This document shows, in pieces, positions 32,948 to 42,113 of a DNA stretch of 64,000 nt. The notes beneath the pieces are model-generated. The model was not told where the DNA came from. It did no database searches and saw only the letters and a list, made by a program, of their open reading frames with translations. The position numbers were made by a program, and so were the translations under genes. Source of the DNA: an uncultured Atribacterota bacterium (GTDB taxonomy: Bacteria; Atribacterota; Phoenicimicrobiia; Phoenicimicrobiales; Stramentimicrobiaceae); contig CAYOLB010000303.1 in the NCBI GenBank assembly GCA_964404675.1, positions 222-64,221 of the forward strand, read 5' to 3'. The number at the start of each line of letters is the position of its first letter. Within the stretch, counting starts at the first letter, position 1.

Positions 32948-32975
32948 AAAAACACCTACAATCTATGTATATCAA

Positions 32976-33329
32976 TTAATCAGAAAAAGCATTTTTAATA
33001 TGCCTTATTATTATTGAAATACGTTTGTCTAAATTTATAGAAATAACATCAAAACGAAACAATTTATTTCTGATATGTTTCTTCTTTATATAAAGTTGAG
33101 CAACCTTGATTATTTTATTCTTCTTGAATTGTGTGATTGCCTCCTCTGGGAGGCCATATTTCTCTGACTTTCTTGATTTTACTTCCACAAAGCAAATACA
33201 GTTATTTTTCTCTACTATAATATCAATTTCTCCAAAGGCAACTTTAAAATTTTTTTCTAAAATAATATAGCCATTCTTCGCTAAATACTGTACTGCTATT
33301 TCTTCTCCAATTTTCCCTATATTATTCAT
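32976..33329 (-). CDS. yraN: YraN family (UPF0102) endonuclease-like protein
   Basis: 117 aa. GEEIAVQYL...GY.ILEKNF....GEIDIIV....I.FVEVK. Confidence 0.88.
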   Translation of the reverse strand: MNNIGKIGEEIAVQYLAKNGYIILEKNFKVAFGEIDIIVEKNNCICFVEVKSRKSEKYGLPEEAITQFKKNKIIKVAQLYIKKKHIRNKLFRFDVISINLDKRISIIIRHIKNAFSD

Positions 33330-34086
33330 TTATTTTAATTTTATATTGATAAAGTATTCCCTGTTTCTCATTTTCAGTATTATTAACATCATCAAATACA
33401 CCTTTGAAGGTTTTACGGTGAATAGAAGTAATTCCAAATTGTTTTATAGCAATAATATGCTTTTCAGTTCCGTATCCAACATTTTTGTCAAACTGGTATT
33501 CAGGATATTTTTTATGAAAATCAAGCATAATATTATCACGATATACTTTGGCAATAATGGAGGCCGCAGCAATGGATACGCTTTTATTATCACCTTTAAT
33601 AATATAATCTTGAGGTATGTTAATAAAGGGAATCTTAAAACCATCTACCAAAATATAATCTGGAAAACGTTTCAAGTCAATAATTGCTCTTTTCATAGCT
33701 AGAAAAGTAGCCTGGGCAATATTTATCTTGTCAATTATATCTGGACCAACTAAACCAATTCCTATATTATCAGCTTTACTTCTTATTAATTCAGAAAGTC
33801 TTTCTCTTTTACCTTTGTTTAGTTTTTTTGAATCTTTTAAATAATTAATATGAAAATAGTCAATATCTTTTATCACTACTGCTGCTGCAACTACAGGTCC
33901 GGCTAAAGCACCACGACCTACCTCGTCTATTCCAGCAATATAATTAAAACCTTTTGTCAAACATTTTTTTTCAAAATATTTTAATTTTTCAATTCTTTTT
34001 CTTTCCTGATAAAAAATATTAATATTTTTTCTTAAATTAATTATTCTTTTCTGATTAAGTTGCTTTCTTTTTAACAATTTTAACAA
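33322..34086 (-). CDS. rnhB: Ribonuclease HII (with N-terminal extension)
   Basis: 254 aa. GIDEVGRGALAGPVV, DSKKL, IAAASI.AKV.RD. TTG start. Confidence 0.93.
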   Translation of the reverse strand: MLKLLKRKQLNQKRIINLRKNINIFYQERKRIEKLKYFEKKCLTKGFNYIAGIDEVGRGALAGPVVAAAVVIKDIDYFHINYLKDSKKLNKGKRERLSELIRSKADNIGIGLVGPDIIDKINIAQATFLAMKRAIIDLKRFPDYILVDGFKIPFINIPQDYIIKGDNKSVSIAAASIIAKVYRDNIMLDFHKKYPEYQFDKNVGYGTEKHIIAIKQFGITSIHRKTFKGVFDDVNNTENEKQGILYQYKIKINE

Positions 34087-34114
34087 TTTGGATACGCTAT
34101 ATAAATTTATAACT

Positions 34115-34447
34115 TTAACTCATCAGTCCCTTTTGTCCAACTCTATCTCTCAGATAATATAACTTAGCTTTTCTGGTAGAACCCTTTTTTACCAACTTTA
34201 TTTTTTCGATATTTGGGGAATTAACTGGAAATATTTTCTCCACCCCGATACCTTTGGTAACTTTTCTAACAGTTATAGTTTCTCTGCTTCCACCATGTTT
34301 TTGGGCAATTAATATTCCTCTGAATACTTGTATCCTTTTTCTTTCTCCTTCAACAATTCTCTGATATACTTCAATTAAATCACCAGGATTTGCTTCAATT
34401 TTTTCTTTTTTTAAATTATCATTTTCAATATCTTTTATGTAATCCAT
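34115..34447 (-). CDS. rplS: 50S ribosomal protein L19
   Basis: 110 aa. GD.I.V......EG.R.R.Q.F.G..IA....G...T.T.RK. Confidence 0.95.
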   Translation of the reverse strand: MDYIKDIENDNLKKEKIEANPGDLIEVYQRIVEGERKRIQVFRGILIAQKHGGSRETITVRKVTKGIGVEKIFPVNSPNIEKIKLVKKGSTRKAKLYYLRDRVGQKGLMS

Positions 34448-35209
34448 TTATTTTTTCCCTCTCTTTTCCTTATCATCTGTTATTAAATCATTTATAATTT
34501 TAATTTCATCCTTGGTTAATTTTCTATTAATTAATAAATCAGGCCTTTTAATCACTGTCCCCAACAAAGATTGCCTTTTTCTCCAAGCCTCGATTTTTTT
34601 GTGATTACCTGATAACAACACAGTTGGTACTTTTTTCCCTCTAAAAGATTCAGGTCTAGTATAATGAGGGTAATCCAATAGTCCATTATAGAAAGAGTCA
34701 TCAATTGCTGATTCCTCTTTCCCAAGAACTCCAGGCAGCATGCGAATAATAACATCAACCATAACCATCGCCGGTAACTCTCCCCCGGTTGTTACATAAT
34801 CACCTATTGACATTTCTTCTGCTTTAAGCAAGTTACGAACACGCTCGTCTATTCCTTCATATCTTCCGCAAATAAATATTAAATTAGACTTTTTTGATAA
34901 TTTTTTTGCTATTTCTTGATTAAATACTTTTCCTTGCGCTGATGTAACAATAATTTTACTATTTAGACTAATATTTTTCTTATTTTTAATATATTCTACT
35001 GCATCAATTATTGGCTCAGGCTTTAAAACCATTCCAGGACCCCCACCGTAAGAATAATCATCCACACTCTTATGTTTATCTTTAGCAAAATCCCTTATAT
35101 CGATAATATTTATATCTATTAGTTTTTTTTCCTTTGCTCTCTTTATAATACTTTCTGCAAAAGGCGAAATAAACATCTCAGGAAATATCGTTAATATGGT
35201 TATTTCCAT
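34448..35209 (-). CDS. trmD: tRNA (guanine37-N1)-methyltransferase
   Basis: 253 aa. ILTIFPEMF, DDYSYGGGPGMV, CGRYEGIDERV, SIGDYVTTGGELPAMV. Confidence 0.96.
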   Translation of the reverse strand: MEITILTIFPEMFISPFAESIIKRAKEKKLIDINIIDIRDFAKDKHKSVDDYSYGGGPGMVLKPEPIIDAVEYIKNKKNISLNSKIIVTSAQGKVFNQEIAKKLSKKSNLIFICGRYEGIDERVRNLLKAEEMSIGDYVTTGGELPAMVMVDVIIRMLPGVLGKEESAIDDSFYNGLLDYPHYTRPESFRGKKVPTVLLSGNHKKIEAWRKRQSLLGTVIKRPDLLINRKLTKDEIKIINDLITDDKEKRGKK

Positions 35210-35251
35210 AGATTATCTTGTTACCTCTAATTATAATTTGAAAGTCGTTTT

Positions 35252-35485
35252 TTATCCTTCAATAATTTTAATAATTGTTTTCCTGTTATCTTTTATGTTA
35301 GCTGCTTTGACTACTGTTCTTATTGCTTTAATAACCTTCCCCTGTTTACCAATAATTTTACCAACATCAGCTGAATCAACATTAATTTCTAAAATATTTA
35401 AGTTATCTTTATTAATTTCATTAATTTCAACAAATTCAGGAAAATTTACTATCTCTTTTAATAAATATTCAATTGTATCCTTCAA
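35252..35485 (-). CDS. khpA: KH-domain RNA-binding protein (YlqC/KhpA family)
   Basis: 77 aa with GKIIGKQGKVIKAIRTVV. Lies between rpsP and trmD as in Bacillota. TTG start with GGGAG 6 nt upstream. Confidence 0.85.
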   Translation of the reverse strand: MKDTIEYLLKEIVNFPEFVEINEINKDNLNILEINVDSADVGKIIGKQGKVIKAIRTVVKAANIKDNRKTIIKIIEG

Positions 35486-35519
35486 TTTATTCTCCCAAAA
35501 ATTATTTTGAATTAATTCT

Positions 35520-35780
35520 TCATTCAGTGTTTGTTTTAACTAGAACTCCATTTTTTTTAAAGAGAGATTCAACAGTTCTGGTCATTTTTGCGCCTTTTTT
35601 TATCCACTTTAAGCTTTCTTCTATGTCTACTTTGAATCCAGAAGTATCATTAGTTGGCTGGTAATAACCTAACATCTTAATGAACCTTCCATCTCTTGGT
35701 TTGCGAGAATCAATGACTACTATTTTGTATGAGGGTTTTTTCTTAGCCCCTTCTCTTCTTAATTTAATTTTTGCTGACAT
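35520..35780 (-). CDS. rpsP: 30S ribosomal protein S16
   Basis: 86 aa. KIKLRREGAKKKPSYKIVV.DSR..RDGRFI. .GYY.P. Confidence 0.95.
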   Translation of the reverse strand: MSAKIKLRREGAKKKPSYKIVVIDSRKPRDGRFIKMLGYYQPTNDTSGFKVDIEESLKWIKKGAKMTRTVESLFKKNGVLVKTNTE

Positions 35781-35830
35781 ATTATTCCTCCATCTCTATT
35801 TCGAATAATTTATAACCATTATTTAATTAA

Positions 35831-37159
35831 CTATCTAATAAAAGAATTCATTAATTTTGTATTTGTACTCTGTTTTAAAATCTTTTTCATCTTAAAAAAT
35901 TGTTTTAAAAGTTTATTTACATCACTAACACTTGTACCACTACCTTTTGCAATCCTTTTCCTCCTGCTACCATTGATTATTTCAGGGTCAGACTTTTCCT
36001 GTCTGGTCATAGAACAAATCATTGCCTCAACTCGGTTAAGTTCTTTTTCTCCATTATCTAGACCTTGATTTATATTTTTGGTAAAACCAAGGTTTTTCAT
36101 GGGTATCATTTCGAATATTTTTTCCATTGAACCCATACTTTTTATTCTCTTGAGTTGTTCATAGAAATCGTTTAAGTCGAACTGTTCCCTAAACTCTTTT
36201 TTTGCCATTTTTTTTAATTCGTTGCGATTATAATTTTCTTCTATTTTTTCAATTAAACTAACCGTATCACCCATTCCAAGAATTCTAGAAGACATCCTTT
36301 CAGGATAAAATGGTTCAAGATCATTAATTTTTTCGCCGACACCAATATATTTTATTGGTAATGCAGTTATACTTTTAATAGATAGGGTAACACCGCCTCT
36401 GGCATCTCCGTCCAGTTTTGTTAGAATATAACCATCAATCCCAATAGATTGGTTAAAGGTATTTGCAACTAATAATGCATCCTGCCCCATCAATGCATCT
36501 AATACTAATAAAGTTTCATGTACAACTAAAGATCTTTTTATTTGTTTAATTTCCTCAAGAAGTTTTTCATCAATATGCAGCCTACCTGCAGTATCAATAA
36601 TCATTATATCTTTTTTATTGTCTAGCGCATATTGTTTAGCAGCATTAATAGTCTGTAGCGCCTTCTCACTATTCCCTCTTGAAAAAACATCAACACCTGC
36701 TTTTTTACCCATAGCATGTAATTGCTCAATAGCTGCTGGCCTTATCTTATCAGCGGCTACCAATAGTGGACTATGTCCTTTACTTTTCATTTGTGATGCT
36801 AATTTTGCTGCTGTAGTAGTTTTTCCAGAACCTTGTAATCCTACCAAAAGAATAGTAGTTGGGATTTCGGCATCAGTCTTGATTTTACTTTGGGAATTTC
36901 CCAATATTCCGGTAAGAACTTCATGAGTTATTTTAATCATTTGTTGCCCTGGTGTTAAGGCCTCTGAAAGTTTTTTTTGATGAGCAAGTTCTTCCAATTT
37001 TGATATAAATTCTTTTACTACTTTATAATTTACATCTGCTTCAAGAAGTGCCAATTTTACTTCCCTTAAAGATTCTTTTATATCTTTTTCAGTAATTTTA
37101 CCTTTATTATTTATCTTACTTAGGATATTTTGTAATTTTTCTGATAGTATATTTAACAC
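35831..37159 (-). CDS. ffh: Signal recognition particle protein Ffh
   Basis: 442 aa. N-terminus LSEKLQNIL, GLQGSGKTTT, DTAGR, and a Met-rich M domain. GTG start at 37159 with AAGGU 7 nt upstream. Confidence 0.96.
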   Translation of the reverse strand: MLNILSEKLQNILSKINNKGKITEKDIKESLREVKLALLEADVNYKVVKEFISKLEELAHQKKLSEALTPGQQMIKITHEVLTGILGNSQSKIKTDAEIPTTILLVGLQGSGKTTTAAKLASQMKSKGHSPLLVAADKIRPAAIEQLHAMGKKAGVDVFSRGNSEKALQTINAAKQYALDNKKDIMIIDTAGRLHIDEKLLEEIKQIKRSLVVHETLLVLDALMGQDALLVANTFNQSIGIDGYILTKLDGDARGGVTLSIKSITALPIKYIGVGEKINDLEPFYPERMSSRILGMGDTVSLIEKIEENYNRNELKKMAKKEFREQFDLNDFYEQLKRIKSMGSMEKIFEMIPMKNLGFTKNINQGLDNGEKELNRVEAMICSMTRQEKSDPEIINGSRRKRIAKGSGTSVSDVNKLLKQFFKMKKILKQSTNTKLMNSFIR

Positions 37160-37369
37160 TTAATTACCTTTATTTAAAAGCCTTTTTATTGAAATAAAAG
37201 AAAATCTATATAATAAAAATTATTAAGAAAAATAATTTTGCTTCTTAAAATCTTATAGCAAAAAAATATTTTCTAAGTAATTATTCTCAATTCTTTTTTA
37301 TACAATATTCATAATAATTATTTTCTAAGTTCATATTTTTAGTAAATTCAAATATTTCCTTGAAATTAC

Positions 37370-37407
37370 TACCTTTATTTTGCTTTGGTCAAATATAAAT
37401 AAAGGTA
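37370..37407 (-). promoter_or_regulatory. Leader hairpin (11-bp stem, 16-nt loop) whose 5' arm is exactly complementary to the ffh ribosome-binding region
   Basis: Plus-strand tacctttattt (37370-37380) and aaataaaggta (37397-37407) are exact reverse complements. tacctttattt recurs at 37165-37175, which on the sense strand is AAAUAAAGGUA containing the ffh SD. Confidence 0.4.
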
Positions 37408-37586
37408 TTAACTAACTTACCTTGCCTTACAATGAAAATAAAATATATTTACTTTGTATAAACAATTTATTTTAATCAAAAAATCTATAAAAATCAAATA
37501 TATTTGCCTATAAAATATAATATAATAATAGAAAAATCAATATTTAGACAAATTCCCTATAAGTATATAGAAAATAGCAAAAGGTG

Positions 37587-38504
37587 TCAATCAAGAAGCG
37601 CTTCAATAAATGTTTCTGTGTCATATTCTGCTATGTCGTCAATTTTTTCACCAAATGTTATGTATTCCACTGGAATATTTAGTTCTTTCTGTATAGTAAG
37701 AATTATACCACCTTTAGCTGTACCATCTAATTTTGTTAAGGCAAGACTATTGATGTCCAAGGCATTTTTAAATTGCTGAGCTTGTATAAGTCCGTTTTGT
37801 CCAGTATTGGCATCGATAACCAATGTTGTTATCAATGAAGAATCTGGAGCTGTTTTAATAGTCACTCTTTTGATTTTTTCTAATTCTTTCATTAAATTTT
37901 TATAAGTATGTAACCTTCCCGCAGTATCAATAATTAATATTTCCTTTTTCTTTGCAATGGCAGACTGTATTCCGTCAAAGACTACCGATGCAGGGTCTGC
38001 ACCTTCAGCAGTCTTTAAGGCTTCAATGCTTGCCTGATTGGCTAACAAGGTTAATTGGTTAATAGCACCAGCCCGATAAGTATCAGCTGGAACTAGCATT
38101 ACTTTTCCCCCTCTATTTTTAAAATAATTTGCTAGTTTACCTGCAAAGGATGTTTTACCAGTACCATTAACTCCAACAACCATAATTATATTCAAACTAC
38201 TTGAATTTAATTTTATTATTGGCTTTTTATCAGGTATCATATTCATTAATACAGCTTTTAACTTAGTTTTAAAATAGTTATAATCCTTATCCTTAAACTC
38301 ATGTAGATTAATATCTTCGAATTTGCTTAAAATTTCAGCTGTTGTCTTTGGACCAATATCCGAAAGGATTAATAATTCTTCAATCTTTTCCAAAAAATCA
38401 CTTTTATCCTTTGCTGCATCTGTAAACAGCAAGTTGTATTTTTCAATTAAACCATCTCTTGTTTTTTGTAATCCCTTTTTTAATGAATAGAATAATTTTT
38501 TAAT
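37587..38504 (-). CDS. ftsY: Signal recognition particle receptor FtsY (short NG-type), probable ATT start
   Basis: GVNGTGKTS, DTAGR, TKLDG.AKGG. The conserved N-terminal KKLFYSLKKGLQKTRDGL lies upstream of the first canonical start (TTG 38432). The in-frame stop is at 38534-38532. The only near-cognate start is ATT 38504-38502, with AGGAG 7 nt upstream. Confidence 0.9.
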   Translation of the reverse strand: MKKLFYSLKKGLQKTRDGLIEKYNLLFTDAAKDKSDFLEKIEELLILSDIGPKTTAEILSKFEDINLHEFKDKDYNYFKTKLKAVLMNMIPDKKPIIKLNSSSLNIIMVVGVNGTGKTSFAGKLANYFKNRGGKVMLVPADTYRAGAINQLTLLANQASIEALKTAEGADPASVVFDGIQSAIAKKKEILIIDTAGRLHTYKNLMKELEKIKRVTIKTAPDSSLITTLVIDANTGQNGLIQAQQFKNALDINSLALTKLDGTAKGGIILTIQKELNIPVEYITFGEKIDDIAEYDTETFIEALLD

Positions 38505-41500
38505 TTTTCTGCTCCTCTGTGTCCAATATTTTTACAGACATCAATTTTGATATTCCAGAACCTTCCATAGTTATGCCATACAGCGCATCAGCTGATTCCA
38601 TTACACCTCTTTGGTGAGTAATGATAATTATTTGAGCATCTTTCAAATCTTCGTTTCTTAAAAACGAAGCTAAACGTATAGCATTTGATTCGTCCAAGGC
38701 TGAGTCAATTTCATCAAAAAGACAAAAAGGGCTGGGGTTTGCCTTCCATAGAGCAAATAATAGTGCTATTGCTGTCAACGCCTTTTCCCCTGTTGATAGT
38801 AATGAGATATTTTGCAGTTTTTTACCAGGAGGCTGCGCCATAACTTCAATTCCTGTTTCTAATAATTTATTCTCATTAGTAAGCTCTAAAGAAACTTGAC
38901 CCCCATTAAATAATTTTTGAAATATATCTTTAAAACTATTTTCTACTTTTAAAAAGGTTTTATAAAAATTATCTTCAGCAATGCGATCTATTTCTTTAAT
39001 CAAATTAATTAACTTTTCCTTTGATTGCATAATGTCATTCTTTTTATTTTGCAAATCATCATATCTGTCAGATTGATTTTTATATTCTTTTAATGCATCA
39101 AAATTTAATTGCCCCATTGCCGTTATTTTCTCTTTATATTTTGCTATTTTTGTATAGGCTTCTTTTTGACTACTTAATTCATTTTTATGCATTAGTATCT
39201 CATCTATAGAAGAATTGTATTGTTCTTTTATTGTACTAAACAAATTATTCATTTTTTCTTTATTCTGGAATTTGCCCATTTCATTTTCGTGATATTTATT
39301 CTTTTTTTCTTCATATTTTGTTTGATTTTTTTCTATATCTTCATGAATTTTTCTCAGTATTATTTCCTGTTCTTTAATGTTTTCCTTGATAGATTTTCTT
39401 TTATCTTCCAATATTTTTATTTTCTCTATTATTTGTTTTAATTTGTTTTCTAAGATTTCTGTCTCCTTAATTAACTGAGATTTTTCATTGTTTTTCTGAA
39501 TTATTTTTTCTTCCCTGAATTTCTCTTCCTGATGATATGTTTGAATAAAATGTTGCATTTCTATTTTTCTTTTTTGTAGAATATTTTTTCTTTCTTCATC
39601 CCAGGAAATTTCCATTTTGGAATTTTCTATTTTCTTCTGCAGATAATCAACAGTGGTGTTACAGATATTAATTATTTTTAAAGTACAATTATAGTATCTT
39701 TTAACATATTGATTGTAATTTAATAATTTTTCAATATTTGACTGATAGAAATCAATATTTTTATTAAGATTTTGTTTTTTGTCTAATTCTGTATTTTTTT
39801 TAAAGTTAAGTGCTTTTAACTGCTTTTGTAATTCATCTATTTTTTTATTCATTTCTATGATATCATTGTTGTTTTTATTTATTTTACTTACATAAATATT
39901 AATTTTATTATCTATTTCTTTTATTCTTTTCAAAAACAATAGGCTGTCTTTTTTAGCATTATTATAAATATTTTCATGTTTTGTTAGATTATTTTTTATT
40001 GAAATTATCTCACTATCAAGTTTCTCTATTTTTGCTCTTGGTAAAATAAGATTATTATTACCACTTTCTGAAAATGTATTCAAAGTTATTATTCCATTGA
40101 TATCAATGAAGATACCATCTAATGAAATAACAGCAAGATTATCTTTCCGATTTTTATATATATTAATTGCAGTATTAGTATCCTTTACTACTAAGATGTG
40201 TCCTAATAATATACTAAATAAAATATCATATTCTGGTGGATATTTTATTAGGTCATTGGCAAATCCCAAAACATTTTTATGTCTAATATAAATTTCACCA
40301 ATATTATTTCGTATTTTTTCATATTTCTCTTTTTCAAAAATATCATTAGCAATTAGTTGAGTTTGTCCAATATGATTAGTTTTTAAAATATTGTTTAAAA
40401 TAGAAGTCATTTCTATACTATTAGCTAATAATATATTTAATTTATCATTTAAAACAAAATGAATAGCATCTTTTAAATTATCAGGTATAAAATGGATTTT
40501 TTCTATTATTCCTGAAAAATTAATAACCTGATTTTTAAAATCACATTTTTTTAATATATATTCATTTATTGTATTTTCTTTTTTTGGTTGATTTTTTTCT
40601 AATTCAATCAAGAAATCTTTTTCTTTACTTTTTAATATTATGTCATTATTAAAATCACGCAGTATACTCTCTTCTTCTTCAACAATCAACTTACTTTTGT
40701 TTAAAGAACTTTCTAAATATATTTTTTCTTGTTGCGTGCTTGTTTTTTCGTTTTCATAATCATTTAAATTGTTTTCAATATTGTGTAGCCATTTTTGGTT
40801 ATTCCGCAACTCATCACTTATCGAGATATACTCTTTTTTTATATCCCGAAGTGTATAATCTATTGATCTTATCATAGTTTCATCTTTTATCTTTTGCTCT
40901 TTGTATTTGTTTATACATTGCTCAGTAAAATACTTATTATCTTCCTTAATGACAGAACTTACTTTATTGTAATTATCGAAAATAACACGATACTTTTTCA
41001 ATAAAACATCATATTTAGTCTTGTTTTGAGATATTACAGAATGATTTGAGTCTGCTTTTTGAATATCTTTTTCAATACTGATAATTGTTTCCCTAAATTT
41101 TTTATATTGTTCATTGGAGGTTCCAATATCCTCTTGAATATTATTTATTCTTTGGGTTATTTCAGATTGTTTCTGCTTTGACAATATCAACTGGTTGTTA
41201 CAGTTAATTTTCTCAGACTCATTAGCTTGTAAAGATTTTTCAATATCATTTAATTGCTTATCTAATAGTATTTTTTTATTTTCAATCTGAGTTATTGTCT
41301 TCTTGCAATTATTTAATAATTTCTCAATTGTTTTTAAGTCATCTTTTAAATTGTTTAACATTTTATCAAATTTAATAATATTTTTTTCATAAAGTAAATA
41401 TTGTTGGCTAAGAAGATAATATTCTGATTTCTTAATATAATCACGGTATGAATAGTATAATTTTAAGTCGTCGGCTTTCTTTTTGTAATAATTTAAATTT

Positions 41501-42099
41501 TCTTTAACCTCAGATAAGATATCATTAATTCTTATAAGATTACTTTTTACAGAATCAAGTCTCTTGATGGTCGCTTCTTTCTTATTTTTATAGCTAGAAA
41601 TATTAGCAGCTTCTTCGAATAATATTCTTCTTTCTGATGGTTTAGAATTAAGCACAAAGTCTACTTTTCCCTGGGCAATAATAGAATACGAGTTTTTACC
41701 AAGACCTGTTCCTAAAAATAGATTGTGAATGTCTCTTAATTTGCAAGGAACCCCATTGATATAATTTTCAGTATTGCCAGACCGAAAAACAGTTCTTTTT
41801 ATTTCAACCTGCTCACTATCCAATTCCAACTTACGGTCAAAATTGTCAAATAGTATTGATACTTCTGCAAAGTTACGCATCTTTTGTTGTTTATTGCCAG
41901 CAAAAATCATATCAGTCAGATTGTTCCCTCTCAGTGAATGAATATTCTGTTCCCCAAGTATCCACCTCACAGCATCAGTTATGTTGCTCTTTCCACAACC
42001 GTTTGGACCAACTATAACAGTTATTCCAGGCGTAATAGTCAATTTTATTTTGTTTGCAAACGATTTAAAACCTTTTATCTCAATTTCTTTTAAATACAA
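38500..42099 (-). CDS. smc: Chromosome partition protein Smc
   Basis: 1199 aa. N-terminal GFKSF...GPNGCGKSNI, long coiled coils with a central hinge, C-terminal LSTGEKALTAIALLFAL and FDEIDSALD. TTG start. Confidence 0.96.
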   Translation of the reverse strand: MYLKEIEIKGFKSFANKIKLTITPGITVIVGPNGCGKSNITDAVRWILGEQNIHSLRGNNLTDMIFAGNKQQKMRNFAEVSILFDNFDRKLELDSEQVEIKRTVFRSGNTENYINGVPCKLRDIHNLFLGTGLGKNSYSIIAQGKVDFVLNSKPSERRILFEEAANISSYKNKKEATIKRLDSVKSNLIRINDILSEVKENLNYYKKKADDLKLYYSYRDYIKKSEYYLLSQQYLLYEKNIIKFDKMLNNLKDDLKTIEKLLNNCKKTITQIENKKILLDKQLNDIEKSLQANESEKINCNNQLILSKQKQSEITQRINNIQEDIGTSNEQYKKFRETIISIEKDIQKADSNHSVISQNKTKYDVLLKKYRVIFDNYNKVSSVIKEDNKYFTEQCINKYKEQKIKDETMIRSIDYTLRDIKKEYISISDELRNNQKWLHNIENNLNDYENEKTSTQQEKIYLESSLNKSKLIVEEEESILRDFNNDIILKSKEKDFLIELEKNQPKKENTINEYILKKCDFKNQVINFSGIIEKIHFIPDNLKDAIHFVLNDKLNILLANSIEMTSILNNILKTNHIGQTQLIANDIFEKEKYEKIRNNIGEIYIRHKNVLGFANDLIKYPPEYDILFSILLGHILVVKDTNTAINIYKNRKDNLAVISLDGIFIDINGIITLNTFSESGNNNLILPRAKIEKLDSEIISIKNNLTKHENIYNNAKKDSLLFLKRIKEIDNKINIYVSKINKNNNDIIEMNKKIDELQKQLKALNFKKNTELDKKQNLNKNIDFYQSNIEKLLNYNQYVKRYYNCTLKIINICNTTVDYLQKKIENSKMEISWDEERKNILQKRKIEMQHFIQTYHQEEKFREEKIIQKNNEKSQLIKETEILENKLKQIIEKIKILEDKRKSIKENIKEQEIILRKIHEDIEKNQTKYEEKKNKYHENEMGKFQNKEKMNNLFSTIKEQYNSSIDEILMHKNELSSQKEAYTKIAKYKEKITAMGQLNFDALKEYKNQSDRYDDLQNKKNDIMQSKEKLINLIKEIDRIAEDNFYKTFLKVENSFKDIFQKLFNGGQVSLELTNENKLLETGIEVMAQPPGKKLQNISLLSTGEKALTAIALLFALWKANPSPFCLFDEIDSALDESNAIRLASFLRNEDLKDAQIIIITHQRGVMESADALYGITMEGSGISKLMSVKILDTEEQKN

Positions 42100-42113
42100 T
42101 TTAAATGCCTTTC

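Noticed and set aside
37160-37586. Possible SRP RNA (ffs/scRNA) or degraded ylxM in the ftsY-ffh spacer
   Set aside because: There is no GC-rich domain IV-like helix or GGAA/GNAR tetraloop motif; the region is almost pure AT. Translation in the three minus-strand frames gives only very short ORFs (longest about 15 codons) with no YlxM-like HTH sequence.
38500-42099. AT-rich, repetitive-looking DNA within smc, considered as possible tandem repeats or a CRISPR-like array
   Set aside because: The periodicity is the heptad Lys/Glu/Asn/Ile codon bias of a 1199-aa coiled-coil protein. There are no exact direct repeats with unique spacers.
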